Assembly (NCBI RefSeq): GCF_001194135.2
Contig: NC_068986.1
Location: forward strand, 22,348,910 to 22,410,394
DNA: 61,485 nt
From: Octopus bimaculoides
Taxonomy: Eukaryota
Direction of reading: 5' to 3'
Under the pieces are notes generated by a model that saw nothing but the letters and a program-made list of their open reading frames with translations, was not told the origin of the DNA and did not search any database. The translations under genes and the position numbers were made by a program. Below, piece after piece: positions 25,615 through 38,202 of the stretch; positions within the stretch are counted from its first letter, which is position 1, and each line of letters opens with the position of its first letter.

Positions 25615-25962
25615 TTTGGCTTCCGTGCCGGTGGCACATAAATAGCACCATTTGAGCATGATCATTACCAGCGTCGCCTTACTGGCATGTGAACAAAACA
25701 TTCGAGCAAGGTCGTTGCAGGTAGCACGTAAAAAACACCATTTGAGCATGGCCGTTGCCAGTACCGCCAGACTGGCCCTCATGCCAGCGGCACGTAAAAG
25801 CACCCACTGCACTCTCGGAGTGGTTGGCATTAGGAAGGGTATCCAGCTGTAGAAACTCTGTCAGATCAGATTGGAGCCTGGTGCAGCCATCTGGTTCGCC
25901 AGTCCTCAGTCAAATCGTCCAACCCATGCTAGCATGGAAAGCGGACGTTAAATGATGATGAT
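25615..25962 (+). mobile_element. RTE LINE 3'-tail copy
   Basis: Tandem subrepeats plus terminal motif and (GAT)n. Confidence 0.85.
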
Positions 25963-26608
25963 ATATATATATATATACACATATACACTACATCTTGATG
26001 CCTACAAAACAATGATGTCACATTGAGAATGGTAATTTCTTTTATATATTGATTCTCATTTGTGAGAAGATAAAGTCTTCACATTGTGAATCATGGCTGC
26101 TTGATTTACTGGCAGTAAAAGATCCTTTAAAAACGAAAAAAAGACGTATTAGATAATGTAACCCTGGCTATCTCTAAATAGACAGATGGGTCACATCTGG
26201 AATATTATTGTTCATGCTTGCCTCGGTCAGGACTGACAATAACAAAACTAGAAGGTTTCCAGATTAAATTCCGTCACCAAGTAAACGAGCTGAATGCTTT
26301 GTATCTTGTTCAGAATACGAAATAAATGTTTGAGGTAGAATGTAAATATTTCAATAAATCAGTTAACTATTTAACCAATCAACTGATGCAATTCATTTCT
26401 CATCCCTAGCCAATACAAAATGTACATAAAAACTCAAGGGAAATAAATCTATATGTTACTCAGGTTCAACGCAGTCTTCACATTCTATTTTATATTGTTT
26501 ATATTTACATAGTTTCAAACCAGAAAGACTTTGATAACTTCTCCTCATCTCATTTGTATTTAGTTATTAATGAATTTAAAGCAAGACCAAATTATTAGAA
26601 ATATATAT

Positions 26609-26614
26609 TTTATT
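26609..26614 (-). promoter_or_regulatory. Candidate KLHDC4 polyadenylation signal (AATAAA)
   Basis: TTTATT on plus is AATAAA on minus, about 10 nt after the stop. It is unusually close to the stop and the region is AT-rich, so it may be chance. Confidence 0.25.
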
Positions 26615-26623
26615 ACAGAAAAC

Positions 26624-26820
26624 TCAATCGTCATGAAGGTAGTCTTGGCACATCCGTAAAGCAAGTTTCTTTATTTGTTTAACACTGAGAGTTTCGTTTT
26701 CAGCCTCAGCATTCTCTTTGGCTTGCTGAAGCCAGAGTTCTTGTGTACGTTCAAAGTATTTTTCTTCACTTTCTCCATCATTTATATCTGGAACATTGTC
26801 GTCCACATCCATATCAGATT
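26624..26820 (-). CDS. KLHDC4: KLHDC4 terminal exon 13 (SDMDVDDNVPDINDGESEEKYFERTQELWLQQAKENAEAENETLSVKQIKKLALRMCQDYLHDD*)
   Basis: Polypyrimidine tract plus ttttcag acceptor at 26821-26822; 197 nt to TGA. The 13 exons sum to 1782 nt, an intact 593-aa frame. Confidence 0.88.
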
Positions 26821-27628
26821 CTGAAAACAAAAAATAAAACAGTACGTTATCAATCTTCTTTCTCATCATCAGCATCATTTTACATCTGCTTTCCATGCTG
26901 TCATGGGTTGGATATTTTGAAAGGAACCAATGGTTCAGAGGACTGTAATTTGTGCCAAAGTCACAGTTCTGACATGTTTCTATGGTTGGATGTTCTTAAT
27001 GCCAACTTCTTTTTGAAGGGCACTGAGTGCCTTATGCATGGCCCCAGCACTAGTGAGATTGCCTTGACTAGGAAGGAGGATAAGAAATAAGATGGTCGTT
27101 TGAAGCAAAGTGTTGAGATGTTAAAGTATGCTGGGGGAAACAGGAACAGATTTACTGTTTGGACCTCGAATTGGCTTGCTCGAATTTTATATGGATGGGT
27201 GGTGGGGCGGATATGGGGCTCAAACTGAAGTAAATATGGTGACAATGAACTGCCTGAACATACCCTCATGGCAACATGTCCATGAGATGGACAGAAGAGA
27301 GTGTATATACAGAAGAATGAGGGAAGGAGTAGGTAAAGTTGTAAGAAGGTAGGAGGAGAGTGAATAGGGACGTCCTCACGAAGAAAAAGCACTTACTACT
27401 CTCTGTAAAGTGGTTGGCATCCAGCTGTAGAAACCATGGCAATGCTGATGTTGGACCTTAAAGAAGCCTTGTGCCTTGACAGATCTTGTCAAACCATCCA
27501 ACTCATGCCAGCATGGAAAATGGCTGTTAAATGATGATGTTGATGATGGGTGGATGTCAGATGAAAGGCTTCATCATGTTAATCAAGAAGTCTTACATCT
27601 TAGCTTTTGCTACAGCATATCATCGTCG

Positions 27629-27805
27629 TTTAACGTTCGCTTTCCATGCTAGCATGGGTTGACTGAGGACTGGTGGACCAGGAGGCGACACCAGGCTCCA
27701 ATCAGAAACTCTGCCAAATCAGATTGGAGCCTGGTGTCGCCTCCTGGTCCACCAGTCCTCAGTTAAATCGTCCAACCTATGCTAGCATGGAAAGCGGACG
27801 TTAAA
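27629..27805. repeat. Fold-back inverted repeat made of two RTE 3' ends
   Basis: Perfect 42-bp arms at 27662-27703 / 27722-27763 around an 18-nt loop. Outer 33-bp arms have 2 mismatches and there is a 9-nt bulge. Confidence 0.92.
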
Positions 27806-28186
27806 TGAAACAAACTGTCTTCAGGAGTGAAACTGTAACTATATTGCAGCTTTGGCACACCAAGAACTCACCTTTGTTCTACAGCACTTATCTTGAAAAG
27901 ATTCAACATTAAAAACAAGAAATACACCTCAATTCATTAAAAGTAACAGTCCCAAAATATCTGGTTAAGGATCCTGCCAAGATGTACTGGAAAATCCTTG
28001 CAGTCTGTATGAACATGTAACTCAAGATCTAGTAGACTTTATAATTCAGTGGAGTGAATGCTTTCATCATTTTCACAGTGTAAGGAATTTTCTGATTGTT
28101 TGATATCTAAAGCTGGTATTTAAATAAGAAAACGAAGACTGATATAAAGGTAAAGATTACTGAATGAATACTTCACATTGACTTAC

Positions 28187-28244
28187 CAGTATCCGAACTG
28201 TCACTTTCTTTATCATCATCTGAAGAATCTGATTCCTCCCATTC
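28187..28244 (-). CDS. KLHDC4: KLHDC4 exon 12, acidic (EWEESDSSDDDKESDSSDT+E)
   Basis: ttgcag acceptor, GTAAGT donor; 58 nt; matches human QEWLEETDSEEDSEE; phase links exon 11 (0) to exon 13 (1). Confidence 0.9.
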
Positions 28245-29084
28245 CTGCAACAAGAGAAGGAAATATTATAAGCTTCTTGGTAATAGAGACCCATCTAAAT
28301 TACATTCAACGTTTACATAAAATCTGCAGTTGACTACTTCACGTCTGTCTTTATTCACATCATCCTTCAATATGTGTTCTGACTAAGTGTTATGGTAGCC
28401 AATGCGGACTTATATTCAAGAACAATTTTAATAAATTCAATTTTGAATGAGCTGAGGCAAAGTACTAAATAACGTAATTAAAGACTAATAAAATGAGCTA
28501 AGGGGAAATAACTCAAGAGAGCTAATGGCTTGGATTTAAACAGTAAGTTACGGGACAATGTACTTGACATACATAAAATATTCTCCCAATTGAAGAAAAA
28601 AATTCTTGAAGGAGTAGAAAAAGACAGGCAGATAGACAGACAGACAGACGTACGTACATACTATATGAAAGGAAGGAGATCATTGTGAATATAATTGAAA
28701 CAGTTACATAAGATAAATACAATATCTTCACAGTAACAGTAATTAGTAATGCCATCAAACCTCAATACACATTCAACAGCTAAATAGGGATGGTACTTAG
28801 TGTCAACCATATTGTGGCTATCAGAATTTATTAAACTTATACATACATGCATGCATAGATAGATAGATAGAGAGACAAATAGATAGACTGGCTGGTTCGT
28901 ACATTACAAGTCCAATCTGTGAGTGGAACAGTAAAAATATGCATGACTGTTCTCAAGTCCCAAATGTGAATTTGTCTGTGTTACCTACATATCAAAATGG
29001 AGCCTTGTATCTTTAATGGAAACCGACTCCCACCTCAATGGAAGATTCATAATAATTTAAAAATAGAAGAGACAATGCATGTAA

Positions 29085-29380
29085 TGAAGGCATGTGGCTC
29101 AGTGGTTCGTGTATTCAGTTCTTGATCATAATGTCACGAGTTTGATATGCAGTGGTGCATTGTGTCCCTGAGCAAGACACTTCATTTCATGTTGCTCCAG
29201 TCCATTCAGCTGGCAAAGATGAGTGGTACTTGTATTTCAAAGGGCCAGAACTACGTCAAGGGCACACATGCCAGTGAAGTGTTCAGCCATCTGCACATTA
29301 ATTTCATGAGCAGTCTGTTCTGTTGAAAAAGATAAATTGGAACACTTGTCATTGTAACTGACAGACTGCTAGTTACACAC
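29085..29380 (+). mobile_element. Old tRNA-derived SINE with a CORE/V-like core
   Basis: TGGCTCAGTGGT A-box-like head, degenerate B box and GTGTCCCTGAGCAAGACACTT core. Confidence 0.55.
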
Positions 29381-30908
29381 TCACACACACATTAAAACAA
29401 AAAGTAAAATTCTGGTCATAGAGTTTTGTATCCACGAAACCCAAAGCCTTGTGAACAGCTTGAGCTGTCCACAAGGCTTTGGCTTTGTGGATATGAAACC
29501 TTTGGTAACTCTATGACTAGAATTTAACTTTAATAATTACTGCTCTATTCTTTAGAGTGTACTTCTTTTCTGTTATATGTTTTATTGACTACATATGCAT
29601 ACATACATATATATATAATTAATTAAACATACACATTAAGTACAGGATATCACCAACGAGTGAAAAATAGGTAAACACACAGAGATAAGTACAGGACAAA
29701 ATATATATATACACACACAAACACACATGCCAGGCATCTTTAGTTTCCATTTACCAAATCCACTCACAATGTCTTGCCTGGCTTTGGGCCATAGTACAAG
29801 ACACTTGCCCAAGGTGCCACACAGTGGGGCTGAACGTGGGACCACTACTAGGAAGTGGAAAGCAAACTTCTTACAACACCACCATGCCTGGACCTATTTT
29901 GTGAAGTTGAAATTATCTCCTTTCCCTTTAGGAATCACTAACAATTACTGCTAGGCATTCGTTTGCTTTCTCCAACTAAGAAGCAAATTTCAATTCATTA
30001 AGATTGTTTTAGCATAATTCATTCAATACATCACTTCACTGAATGAGTTCTGGCTTTTGAACAGGTATACCTTACCTTTACATGTCATAAGAAGCAAATT
30101 AGAGGATTGGCATTATGAAGAGCAACTTGTTATAAATCATTACCTTAAAAAGGGGGCCATAATGGGTACCATCAGAAGGTATGCTCATAGAGCCTGCAAA
30201 GCTAGTCTAGTTTAGCAGGGAAAATGACCTTTAAAATCTGGTGATGATTCAGTTGAAAACCCTTTAAGTTATTTATTAAGAGATTTGAAACTGAATTATT
30301 CTTAGAAAAAGCTCAGCCATCATGAGCTGGTAGCTTACTGATATGACATACGACTTCTTGTCATCACTGTTATAATATCAAACGTTCCTGATGTTCTCTT
30401 ATTACTCTCCAGTTGTGTATCTTCAACAAACACTCCACGATACCTCTATTCAATAATTCCTACGACCTGTACACTATGACTGCACATATGACACTCTTCT
30501 CAGACTGTTCTGTGCATTCTCATTTATATTAAGTAGTATTGATTCCCCATACAACACTTACACCACACTTTTGTTAGTTGTTTTAGGTACCTAGACTTGC
30601 AGACAAGAACAGTCACCCTTTTGACTTTCCCACTCTTGACCCAGTGGAACATTGAGGATGTGACTGCCAGAGGGAGTGAGAGCTGTACCAGCAGTCAGTT
30701 GGTATACATTCTCAACTCAGTAGACTAGTCGACTGAGGTAACATGAAATGAAGTGCTTTGCTCAACAATACGATATGTTACCTGGTCCAAGAATTGAACT
30801 CACACTCTTACAATCATGAGAACCCAACACCCTCACCACTAGGTTATGTGCTTTCCAGTGATTGTAACCTATTGATAAAATATGATGGTAGATGGATTGA
30901 CCACTTAC

Positions 30909-31193
30909 TAGCTTTTTAGTATCCATTTCAATAATTGTATTCCATTTGTGTTTCTTGCTGAGATCCAAAAAATAAAAGTCAGACAAAGTAACCTGTGCAT
31001 CACCATCTTCAAAGAGACCTCCATATAAATAAAGCTGACCACCTGTGATTGCTAATAAACAGTTCATTCTTGGAGATGGCATAAACGGATCAAATGTATT
31101 TGAAGATGGATTATCAGATTCTGTGACACCGGAAGATGTTTTAGAACTTGGTCCTATGACCACAGTAAATACACCGTCACTGCTTGTAGATAC
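30909..31193 (-). CDS. KLHDC4: KLHDC4 exon 11 (VSTSSDGVFTVVIGP...PSPRMNCLLAITGGQLYLYGGLFEDGDAQVTLSDFYFLDLSKKHKWNTIIEMDTKKL)
   Basis: ttttag acceptor, GTAAGT donor; 285 nt; matches PCPRSNAMLAV...LYVYGGMFEAGDRQVTLSD. Confidence 0.95.
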
Positions 31194-31499
31194 CTAAAAA
31201 AAATATTAAAAACCCCTTGAAATTTTCTTCACAATAAAACATCAACAACTAAAACATATAACTTTAAAAAAAATATACTCCTTGATTACATTGATCCCAG
31301 TACTTGACTGGTACCTTATTGTATTAACCCCCAAAAGAGTGAAAGGTAAAGTCAACTTTGGTGCAATCTGAACTGAGAATATAGAGCTGGAAGAAATTCC
31401 ATTAAGTATTTTGTTCAATGCATTAACGATTCTGTCAGCCTAATGTTTTAAAAAATATATCAGTTTTCCATGAAATCTCAAAGAAATTCTTGATTAGAC

Positions 31500-32020
31500 A
31501 TCATCATCATTTAACGCCTGCTTTCTGTGCTGGCATGGGTTGGAGGGTTTGACTGAAAACTGGTAAGCTGGCAGGGCTGCACCAAATTTCGATCTGATTT
31601 GGTAAAGTTCCTATGGCTGGATGCCATTCCTAATGCTGACCACTCCAAGAGTGTAATGAGTGTTTTCTACACGCCACCAGCACAGGTACCAGTGACCTGA
31701 CACCAGCATTGGCCACGACTATGGTCTCACTTGGCTTGACAGGTCTACACAAGCATGGTATATTGCCAAAAGTCTTGGTCACCTGTCACTACTTCCATGA
31801 GGCCCAATGCCCAAACAGTACTTTTTACATGGTACCAGCACAGGTGCCAGTCAAATGGCACTGGCATCAGCCACGACTATGATTTTACTCGGTTTGAAAG
31901 ATCTTCACAAGCACAGCATATCGCCCAATGATTGAAGAGTGCTTTTAATGGGCCAGTTACGCAACACTGGCATTGGCCATGACTACAATCTCACTTGGCT
32001 TGATGTCACTGCCCCCATGA
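31500..32020 (-). mobile_element. RTE LINE 3' UTR copy in KLHDC4 intron 10
   Basis: (CAT)n tail then the family motif and repeated CACAAGCA...ATTGCCCAA / GCCACGACTA units. Confidence 0.75.
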
Positions 32021-33714
32021 GGCCCTATTAAAAACAATTTGGTAAATATTCCAGAAATGTCTGGTTAAATTGGGGATCAACACACTAGGCTTTACAGAAG
32101 CAAATTAAAACCAAAGTTGCATTATTGATCAATAACATTCAAGACTAAGTTAAGACATTAACAATACAATTTTAATGAATTCTATTTTTTGGTAAGTCTG
32201 TTCTGTTTGAAAAAAAAAGAAAAAAAAACAAGTGTACACCGTTGATTCAACAATAGTATATTACTAGCATAAGTATAGTTAGTAGTTGTGTGGAATTTCA
32301 ACTCAGAACTATGTGGCACCAAACTAGGTGCTGTGTAGTGCTTAATACAGTATTCAGCCATTTGCACCTACACACTCAATATTTACATATGTAAAATACC
32401 AATTTTTTGTTTCAAATTTGAAAGACAAAATTAAATCTAGTTGATGTTAACTTTACTGTTGATTCTATTAACAGCAAGGTTAATTAAATAAATAACAGTA
32501 ATATATTGAGAGTACGGGCTCACACCTATACAAAAGAACTTAATATTAAAAATTTATTATACAGCAGCGAGCTGGTAGAATTCTTAGCAACATTTTGTCT
32601 GTCTTTATATTCTGTGTTCAACTTCTACCTTTTATTATTTTGAGATCAATAAAACAAGTACCAGTTAAGGACTGGGGTTGATGTAATCACCTTACCTCTT
32701 CCCTTGAAATTGTTGACCTTGTGCCAAAATTTAAAACCAATATTAAACAATTAATAATGACAAAAAAAAAGAAAAAAAAAAGAAGGATGAACTTAATTGG
32801 TATCAGAGGTAGTGATATGAAAAGAAGGTTCTACACCACTGATTTTATGGTTTACCAACCAAGAATAAGCATATTATCCAATGAGCTTCTGCACAGTTTT
32901 CTTTTATCAAATTTCACTCACAAAGCGTTGGTTCATTTGGAGCTATTGTAGGAGACACTTGCCCAGAGTGCCATGAAGTAGGACTGAACCCAGAACAACA
33001 TGAGTTGTGAAATAAGCTTTTAATCACATGGACATGCCTATGCTTTTACCCTCAGTGTTCAAGCAATTTTTAACCAGACTTAATCCATTGCCTGATTTAA
33101 CACCACCATCTGACTCTTGGGTGCTTTTAGCAGGGTTCATTCTATAGTAAGTATCCAAGCTTAGTTTCAGGTCTGAAGACAACTTCTTCTTTTCTTCCCA
33201 TGAGTCTCAGAGGTTTTGTAAAATGCCATGGATGTTGTATTTCTTCCTCTGACTACATCCTAAAATTAAATTGTGATTTGTGCTGTAATGAGATATGTTA
33301 TTGTGCAGTCCATCCAGCTAAAATGGTTGCTAGTCTTATTTCGCAGCTGAGCAGTTAACATTAGGAAGAGCACTACAGCAGTAGTTTGGCAGGATCATCA
33401 CAGCATCAGACATAATGTTTTGCAGTTAGTTATGGATCTTTACATCCTGTGTTCAAGTCTTGAAGAGGTCAACTCTGCCTTTCATTCTTCGTCAGTCAAC
33501 AAAATAAAATATCAGTGAGATATTGGAGTCAATTAAATGAGCTATATTTGCCCCCTAAAAATGTGTAGCCTTGTGCTAATATTAGAAACGAAGAGCATCT
33601 CACTATTGAAACCAATGCTTCAGCAATTTATATTCCATTATTAAAATGTCCTGGAGTATGTCATCCATGTTAGAATGAAAAAGTGAATACAAAACAGCTT
33701 TTCAAAATAATCAC

Positions 33715-33871
33715 CATTTCGACAGGGTCTTTTAATTCTAACTGTTCCAAATTTGCTGCAGCATTTTCAGCAGAATCTTCAGTTTTTGCTTCATCATCGG
33801 AACTTTTGTCTTGATCACATTCATCTTCTTGTTTTTTACGGCGCTTCTTCTCACCTGTTGTCTTCTTTTCA
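33715..33871 (-). CDS. KLHDC4: KLHDC4 exon 10, basic/acidic linker (EKKTTGEKKRRKKQEDECDQDKSSDDE...LELKDPVEM)
   Basis: cattag acceptor, GTGATT donor; 157 nt; KKRRKK corresponds to human EKKKRRRGRK (possible NLS). Confidence 0.9.
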
Positions 33872-34563
33872 CTAATGAAAAATATAACAAAAACCACATT
33901 ATGTAAGAAAGGTGTTGTACCTTAGTTGGAGTATTGTGATAAAGAAGTAAAATATCAAAATAGTGAAGACAGAGTACTTCTTACAATGTAAAAAAGGAAA
34001 AGTGTAACAATCTTTATATATTTTAAGCACAAAAGTCCATCGAAAGCAAATCTAAGTCTTGTACAGTACTGATCATATTGATTATTATTGTTTAGACAGC
34101 AAACCTGTGGTGTCTGTATGAGTGAGTTGTGAGTACATCACCACTGTTCCTACTATGAACTCTGCCACCACTAGTGGCACCATTTGGGGAATGGCTGCTG
34201 TTAATGCCTATCGCTGCCATCACCACTCACATGGACATCACAGGAGTTGTTGTCCACACAATGATCAACATGGTCGGTGCTCATTTCTTGACTGTTTACT
34301 TCTGATGCAGGGCCTTTGTGGTTGAAATAGATAAGGGTTTCCTTTTCACATTGTAAAAAGCTCTCTGTCTTCACTATTTTGTTATTTTACACAATATTTA
34401 ATAATATAATAAACGAGATTGGTTATGTATGAATGAAGAATATTGGCTGACAGATTTAGCTTATGACAATGATGTATACATATACACAATGTAGAATATT
34501 ATCTACAGTAAAGTTACTCAAAGCATTTTAACATTGATATCAAGTTTAGAAAATAAGACATAC

Positions 34564-34655
34564 TTGATTGTTATTTTGTTCCAGTAACCCATCTCAAGAT
34601 CAATGGAATATAAATCATTAAAGAATTTACTGGTGATGGTTTCTTCATTTTCCTC
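34564..34655 (-). CDS. KLHDC4: KLHDC4 exon 9 (EENEETITSKFFNDLYSIDLEMGYWNKITI+N)
   Basis: ttttag acceptor, GTATGT donor; 92 nt; matches EEEESLSGEFFNDLY...W. Not in the ORF track; translated by hand. Confidence 0.93.
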
Positions 34656-35415
34656 CTAAAATAACAGGACATTATTAAAAGATTGATACAAAGGAGTTTA
34701 TTTAAAAATATGAATTATCTGGCCACATTGACTTCTTTTCAAAGGATGAAGTCTGCACTTGTAAATCTATGTAAACATGCAACTCTCTCTCACTTGGTTG
34801 TTGGTGTCAAAGTCTGTCACTTTCCTCCATTACTATTATCATGCTACAGAAAAAAAAAAAATTTTCTGGATAATATGCTAATTTATTGCACATAATATTC
34901 CCCATCAAGATAAATAGAAGCAATGTAAAATAACATAAATTACTAAATATGAAATACCACTAGTAAATTTGAACTCAAAAACTATGATTAGATATTTTGC
35001 TCTGTATTCACAGAAGATGGAATTGTCAAGTTATGACATTCTCGCTCTTTGAAATGATATTAGCAATGTAAATGAAATTGAAATCACTGAGAACCCTCTG
35101 TAATATCATCATGACCACTTTGGTTCCATAGTTCCTAATTAAAGAGGTAATAATCTTTGATATTTTTCATTAAAATTTTTTTATTTAGAATACAAAATTT
35201 AAGATATATCGTTTTAATAAAATTAGCCTCAATGACAATAGTACCACACGACTTGTACAAACATTCTATTCTTGTTTTGTGAAATGCAAATATAAAACAA
35301 AATATGATAGGTTATGAATTTGTTTCACATAAAATATTCTAAAATGAAACAACACAATGTGAAGAAGGTGAAGAAGATGAACCAAATACTTCGGAAATTC
35401 TTTAGAAATACTTAC

Positions 35416-35567
35416 ATCATCATAGACTCCACCAAAGCATATGGCATGATTTGAACCTGGCACCACAACAGAAGTCATACTGCTTCGTGGGTCAGGACAA
35501 AAGCCAGACTGCTTCACAGGTTGCCATTTCCAGTGTAATGACACCATACTGCTTTTCTCTTGTTTAC
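35416..35567 (-). CDS. KLHDC4: KLHDC4 exon 8 (KQEKSSMVSLHWKWQPVKQSGFCPDPRSSMTSVVVPGSNHAICFGGVYDD)
   Basis: ttcag acceptor, GTAAGT donor; 152 nt; kelch repeat ending FGGVYD (human FGGVCD). Confidence 0.95.
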
Positions 35568-35679
35568 CTGAAGGAGAAGATGAAGGTGTTTTGTAACAAC
35601 TAAAGACATAAGTTCTTGCACATGTTACACTACTTGTTTGCCATTCCTACATAAGACATCCATTGCAACTATCCACTCT

Positions 35680-35920
35680 ACTTCTTATTTCTTTACTACC
35701 AACAAAGGGCTAAACATAGAGGGGACAAACAAGGACAGACAAAGGGATTAAGTTGATTATATTGACCCCAGTGCATAACTGGTACTTATTTAATCGACCC
35801 CGAAAGGATGAAAGGCAAAGTCAACCTTGGTGGAATTTGAACTCAGAACGTAACGGCAAACGAAATACTGCTAAACATTTCGCCTGGTGTGCTAATGTTT
35901 CAGCCAGCTTGCTGCCTACT
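35680..35920 (-). mobile_element. tRNA-derived SINE, family C
   Basis: Collinear with 20321-20566. More degenerate copies lie near 6250-6420, 23000-23180, 31280-31440, 32570-32740, 53220-53430, 58250-58600 and 60520-60960. Confidence 0.8.
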
Positions 35921-36715
35921 TCTTGCCAACCCAATGGCATTTCTCTCACAATTAAAGGATATTTCAGTCATCAGCAATTATTTAATTATTTGTCCCTTCT
36001 TAACAGCATCCACCCCAACTCTTCCTTCTTTAAAATTATAGTCCTCAATGACTTCAGTACAAATAATTCTCCTCAGCTTCCTCATTTTGCTAACACCACC
36101 AGGTGCAGAAGTCAAAAACATCTACCAGTTTCAAAAGCATGTAGAAGCTAAGCTCTTCCTCACACCAGTGTGTCCCCTACAAACATATTGAATCCACAAA
36201 CACTTTCAGTTTCTTCATCACTTTCAAACCAAAACTCAGCTTAGACATTAGTTTATCTGTATAAAAGTTTTATAATTAAAAGCATAATTATAATTAGGGT
36301 TCGGCAAAAATTGCTTCATCACATACCGAAATTTAGAAATAGCAGTTAAAACACTATTCCACTACCAAAATATATCTCCCAGACAGCATCACTTGCAACC
36401 CACACAAGCAAAGAGAAAAAATAACGAATCCACCCGGCTTTGATTAACTGTGTACTCGTTTCAGGATTAAAGAGATGTAAAAATACATCGCTCAACTTAC
36501 TTCCATCATCAGCATAGTTGAAAGTCTATGAGAATTACTTAATACAGTTTTTTGAAGTGCAAAGATAATATTTAAAAAAAATTACTTTAAAAAAATTGTC
36601 ATGAAATCTTTTATCAAGATGTTAGTAACCTTTTTTGGGAAGAAGTTTTTTCTAGTGTGTGAGCGCTTTCATTTAACCTTCTCAAACACACATGCTCTTA
36701 AAGAAGAAGTTGTTA

Positions 36716-37045
<330 letters not shown>

Positions 37046-37134
37046 TTAAAGTAAATAAACCAAAATTATAAATCATGAATTGTAATACCTTTTTAACATC
37101 TGTTTATATTCTGCTATTTCCAGATGACTTTTAA

Positions 37135-37825
37135 CCCTTTTGTTACCATATTTCTGTTGAAATACACAATTAATTTTGACAATAATGAAGAGCTTTGTAA
37201 AATAACTTTTCATTACAAAACTAATATCTGAAACATAAATTAACATGAAATTTCAATGGAAAGTTTTAATGTAGATCAGTTTAAGACAAGAAGTTTGGCT
37301 CGTAGAACCAGACTTGGTCTCAGGTGAATTCATAACAAAAAAGTTAAAACACCTTGCGTTCAGTATCATACAGTTCTGGGTTCCAATACAACTAGAATCA
37401 GATTTTTGTAGTTTCAATAAAATATCTACTCATAATAACAGCAGAATGACTCATATTACAAACAGGAGACAGATCGGGAAGATTTGGTTTTGCCTTCACA
37501 AGGTTAAAACATCACAAAAATATAAAGTTAGACAATAGCATTAAGTAGCATTAAAGTGAAAAATGCCATTATAAAATATTCCTTACGTGATTAATAAATA
37601 AAAAAAGGGTTTTGGTTTAAGTTTTACTGTCAAATGCAATGCTTATTTATTCACATTGCTTTGAATTAAGCATCTATTATCTTGTAGCTTTGAGATTTTG
37701 AAGATATGATTGTATATTTTTAGAATGATATTTTAGGATAGGTATGAGAGGCAGGATCTGACCAATTTGAGCATAAAACAAGTAGAATATTTTAGCCAGA
37801 TATGGCTGGTTTAAATGCTAAAGGG
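37135..37825. mobile_element. piggyBac-type MITE composite (two subfamilies abutting)
   Basis: TTAA|CCCTTTTGTTACC left end; 37620-37825 matches the 212-bp MITE and ends TGCTAAAGGG|TTAA. Confidence 0.6.
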
Positions 37826-38109
37826 TTAATCTATTTATAACTCAATTACTAAAGTTAGTTTTGCTTTTTCAGTAAAATACTGAAGATATGAATAATCCAG
37901 AATCCTTGTCCGGAACCAAATCAATCCCAAAATTTAATCAGGTCATACCAGTCATGAAGCCAAACATCCCTGAAAGTTTCATCTCAATCCATCCAGTGAT
38001 TCTTGAGATATTTTGTCCATGGACAAAACAAACACACCTGAAAACAATACCTCCATCTTTGCTAAGGCGGAGGTAATACTAATACTAATATTAATAATAA
38101 TAATAATAC

Positions 38110-38202
38110 CTGTAGTTGTCATTGAAACCACCAAAAACTACCAACATTTTTTTGTAGTTAACCATACGATGGCCACTTCGAGATGAAGGTCCTCCGACAG
38201 CC
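38110..38202 (-). CDS. KLHDC4: KLHDC4 exon 6 (AVGGPSSRSGHRMVNYKKMLVVFGGFNDNY+R)
   Basis: ttttag acceptor, GTATTA donor; 93 nt; matches GGPSGRSGHRM...LFGGF. Confidence 0.96.

Noticed and set aside
30762-30908. Exon 11 ORF extension (VSGQSIYHH...)
   Set aside because: Read-through past a consensus GTAAGT donor into intron and SINE sequence; homology resumes in exon 12.
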